Source of the DNA: Pristiophorus japonicus
Taxonomy: Eukaryota
Length of the DNA stretch: 64,000 nt
Direction of reading: 5' to 3'
Assembly (NCBI RefSeq): GCF_044704955.1
Contig: NC_091978.1
Span: 219,170,001-219,234,000, forward strand
In this document: one piece after another, positions 60,233-64,000 of the stretch
Numbering within the stretch: the first letter of the stretch is position 1
Layout of the letters: every line of letters starts with the position of its first letter
Position numbers and translations under genes: made by a program
Notes under the pieces: generated by a model
The model's input: the letters and a program-made list of their open reading frames with translations, nothing else
What the model was told of the DNA's origin: nothing
Database searches by the model: none

Positions 60233-63200
60233 CATAGAAACATAAAAAATAGGTGCAGGAGTAGGCCATTCAGTCTTCGAGCCTGCGCCACCATTCAATA
60301 AGATGATCATCACCTCAGTACCCCTTCCCTGCTTTCTCTCCATACCCCTTGATCCCTTTAGCCGTAAGGGCCATATCTAACTCCCTCTTGAATATATCCA
60401 ATGAACTGGCATCAACAACTCTCTGCAGCAGGGAATTCCACAGGTTAATAACTCTCTGAGTGTAGGAGTTTCTCCTCATCTCAGTCCTAATTGGCTTACT
60501 CCTTATCCTTAGACTATGTCCTCTGGTTCTGGACTTCCCCAACATCGGGAACATTCTACCCGCATCTAACCTGTCCAGTCCCGTCAGAATTTTAGATGGT
60601 TCTATGAGATCCCCTCTCATCCTTCTAAACTCCAGTGAAAACAGGCTCAATCGATCCAGTCTCTCCTCATATGTCAGTCCTGCCATCCCGGGAATCAGTC
60701 TGGTGAACCTTCACTGCACTCCCTCAATAGCAAGAACGTCCTTTCTCAGATTAGGAGACCAAAACTGAACACAATATTCCAGGTGAGGCCTCACTAAGTC
60801 ACTGTACAAATGTAGTAAGACCTCCCTGCTCCTATACTCAAATCCCCTAGCTATGAAGGCCGACATACCAATTGCTTTCTTCACTGACTGCTGTATCTGC
60901 ATGCCAACTTTCAATGACTGATGTGCCATGACACCCAGGTTTCGTTGCACCTCCCCTTTTCGTAATCTGCCGCCATTCAGATAATATTCTGCCTTTGTGT
61001 TTTTGCCACCAAAGTGGATAACCTTACATTTATCCACATTATACTGCATCTGCCACTCGTTTGCCGACACACCTAACCTGTCCAAGTCACCCTGCAGCCT
61101 TTTAGTGTCCTCCTCACAGCTCACACCGCCACCCAGCTCAGTGTCATCTGCAAATTGGAGATATTACACTCAATTCCCTCATCCAAATCATTAATGTATA
61201 TTGTAAATAGCTGGGGTCACAGCACTGAGCCCTGTGGCACCCCACTAGTCACTGCCTGCCATTCTGAAAAGGACCCATTTATCCCGACTCTCTACTTCCT
61301 GTCTGCCAACCAGTTCTCTATCCATGTCAGTACATTAACCCCAATACCATGTGCTTTAATTTTGCACACCATTCTCTTGTGTGGGACCTTGTCAAAAGCC
61401 TTTTGAAAGTCGAAATGCACAACATCCACTGGTTCTCTCTTGTCCACTCTACCAGTTACGTCCTCAAAAAAGTCTCGTAGATTTGTCAAGCAAGATTTCC
61501 CTTTCATAAATCCATGCTGACTTGGACCGATCCTGTCACTGCTTTTCAAATGTGCTGCTATTTCATCTTTAATAATTGATTCCAACATTTTCCCCACTAC
61601 TGATGTCAGGCCAACCGGTCTATAATTACCCACCTTCTCTCTCTGTCCCTTCTTAAAAAATGGTGTTACATTAACTATCCTCCAGTCCATAGGAACCGAA
61701 CCAGAGTCGATAGACTGTTGGAAAATGATCACCAATGCATCCACTATTTCTAGGGCTACTTCCTTATGTACTCTAGGATGCAGACTATCAGGCCTTGGGG
61801 GATTTATCGGCCTTCATTCCCATCAATTTCTCTAACACAATTTCCTGCCTAATAAGGATATCCTTCAGTTCCTCCTTCTCACTAGACCCTTAGTATTTCC
61901 GGAAGATTATTTGTGTCTTCCTTCATGAAAACAGAACCAAAGTATTTGTTTAATTGGCCCGCCATTTCTTTGTTCCCCATTATAAATTCACCTGAATCTG
62001 ACTGCAAGGGACCTATGTTTGTCTTCACATATCTATAGAAGCTTTTGCAGTCAGCTTTTATGTTCCCAGCAAGCTTCCTCTCATACTCTAATTTCCCCTC
62101 CTAATTAAACCCTTTGTCCTCCTCTGCTATATTATAAAATTCTCCCAGTCCTCAGGTTTGCTGCTTTTTCTGGCCAATTTATATGCCTCTTCCTTGGATT
62201 TAACACTATCCCTAATTTCCCTTGTTAGCTACGGTTGAGCCACCTTCCCCGTTTTATTTTTACTCCAGAGAGGGATATATAATTGTTCAAGTTCATCCAT
62301 GTGATCTTTAAATGTTTGCCATTGCCTATCCTCCGTCAACCCTTTAAGTATCACTCGCCAGTCTATTCTAGACAATTCACGTCTCATACCATCGAAGTTA
62401 CCTTTCTTTTAGTTCAGGACCCGAGTCTCTGAATTAACTGTGTCACTCTCCAACTTAATAAAGAATTCTACCATATTATGGTCACTCTTCCCCAAAGGGC
62501 CTCGCACAACAAGATTGCTAATTAGTCTCTTCTCATTACACATCACCCAGTCTAGGATGGCCAGCCCTCTAGTTGGCTCCTCGACATATTGGTCCAGAAA
62601 ACCATCCCTAATATACTCCAGGAACTCTTCCTCCACCGCATTGCTACCAGTTTGGTTAGCCCTATCAATATGTAGCTTAAAGTCGCCCATGATAACTGCT
62701 GCATCTTTATTGCATGCATCCCTAATATCTTGTTTGATGCAGTCCCCAACCTCACTACTACTGTTTGGTGGTCTGTACACAACTCCCACTAGCGTTTTCT
62801 GCCCTTTGGTATTCTGTAGCTCCACCCATACCGATTCCACATCATCCAGGCTAATGTCCTTCCGTACTATTGCATTAATTTCCTCTTTAACCAGCAACAT
62901 CACCCCACCTCCTTTTCCTTTCTGTCTATCCTTCCTAAATGTTGAATACCCCTGGATGTTGAGTTCCCAGACTTGGTCACCCTGGAGCCATGTCTCCATG
63001 ATGACAATTACATCATATCTGTTAATTGCTATCTGCGCAGTTAATTCGTCCAACTTATTGCAAATACTCCTCGCATTGAGGCACAGAGCCTTCAGGCTTG
63101 TCTTTTTAACACACTTTGCCCCTTTTGAATTTGGCTGTAATGTGGCCCTTTTTGCTTTTTGCCTTGGGTTTCTCTGCCCTCCACTTTTAGTTTTCTTCTT

Positions 63201-64000
63201 TCTATCTTTTGCTTCAGCCCCCATTCTACTTTCCTATTTCTCCCTACATAGGTTCCCATCCCCCTGCCATATTAGTTTAACCCCTCCCCAACAGCACTAG
63301 CAAACACTCCCCCTAGGACATTGGTTCCGGTCCTGCCCGGGTGCAGGCCATCCGGTTTGCACTGGTCCCACCACCCCCAGAACCGGTTCCAATGTCCCAG
63401 GAATTTGAATCCCTCCCTTCTGCACCACTCCTCAAACGATGTATTCATCTGAGCTAGCCTGCAATTCCTACTCTGACTCGCACATGCCACTCGAAGCAAT
63501 CCTGAGATTATTACTTTTGAGGTCCTACTTTTTAATTTAGCTCCTAGCTCCCTAAATTCATCTTGTAAGACCTCATCCTGTTTTTTACCTATATCGTTGG
63601 TACCTATATGCACCTTGACAACTGGCTGTTCACCCTCCCCATTCAAAATATCCTGCACCTGCTCCGAGACATCCTTGTCCCTTGCACCAGGGAGACAACA
63701 TACCATCCTGGAGTCTCGGTTGCAACCGCAGAAACATCCATCTATTCCCCTTACAATAAAATCCCCTATCACTATAGCTCTGCCACTCTTTTTCCTGCCA
63801 TGCTGTGCAGCAGAGCCACTCACGGTGCCATGAACTTGACTGCTGCTCCTCTCTCCTGATGAGTCATCCCCCTCAACAGTACCCCAGGCGGTGTATCTGT
63901 TTTGCAGGGGGATGACCGCAGGGGACGCCTGCACTACCTTCCTTCCACTGCTCTTCCTATTGGCCACCCATCCCCTATCTGGTTGTGTAACCTTTACCTG
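60233..64000 (-). mobile_element. Near full-length CR1 LINE; the 5' end runs out of the window
   Basis: Tail at 60233, RT ORFs 60315-61744, APE ORF 62409-63224, ORF1 63272-63967. Confidence 0.96.
63272..63967 (-). CDS. CR1 ORF1 with SGNH/GDSL esterase-like domain
   Basis: IVIGDFIVRG (GDS mutated to GDF), LPGA, VHIGTNDI, DGLHP. Confidence 0.88.
   Translation of the reverse strand: MANRKSSGRKVVQASPAVIPLQNRYTAWGTVEGDDSSGERSSSQVHGTVSGSAAQHGRKKSGRAIVIGDFIVRGIDGCFCGCNRDSRMVCCLPGARDKDVSEQVQDILNGEGEQPVVKVHIGTNDIGKKQDEVLQDEFRELGAKLKSRTSKVIISGLLRVACASQSRNCRLAQMNTSFEEWCRREGFKFLGHWNRFWGWWDQCKPDGLHPGRTGTNVLGGVFASAVGEGLN

Noticed and set aside
62440-63300. Long plus-strand ORF (286 aa)
   Set aside because: Antisense shadow of the CR1 endonuclease.

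Overview
This is repeat-dense, non-genic vertebrate DNA, most likely from a cartilaginous fish (inferred from abundant CR1 LINEs with esterase ORF1 and 8-mer tails, a Deu-type SINE, and Penelope, RTE and Harbinger elements). No host gene is recognisable. Four LTR-bounded elements can be delimited. (1) Provirus A, 11219-17889 on the minus strand, has a tRNA-Ser(CGA) PBS and a 5-bp TSD. Its gag-pol is almost erased, but it keeps splice signals, a small transmembrane ORF and a largely readable F-type (lokiretrovirus/paramyxovirus-like) env. (2) Provirus B, 25660-31302 on the plus strand, is gamma/epsilon-type with a tRNA-Gln PBS and a five-hairpin leader. It lacks PR/RT/RNase H, keeps integrase and gamma-type env remnants, and has an anomalous 55-bp flanking duplication. 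(3, 4) Two related Gypsy elements: one internally deleted and invaded by a CR1, the other near-complete and nested in a third Gypsy. The main observation is that the otherwise unrelated proviruses A and B share a ~0.7 kb internal segment where gag-pol should be, suggesting recombination between distinct retroviral lineages. All alignments and translations outside the ORF track were done by eye, and boundaries of old repeats are approximate.
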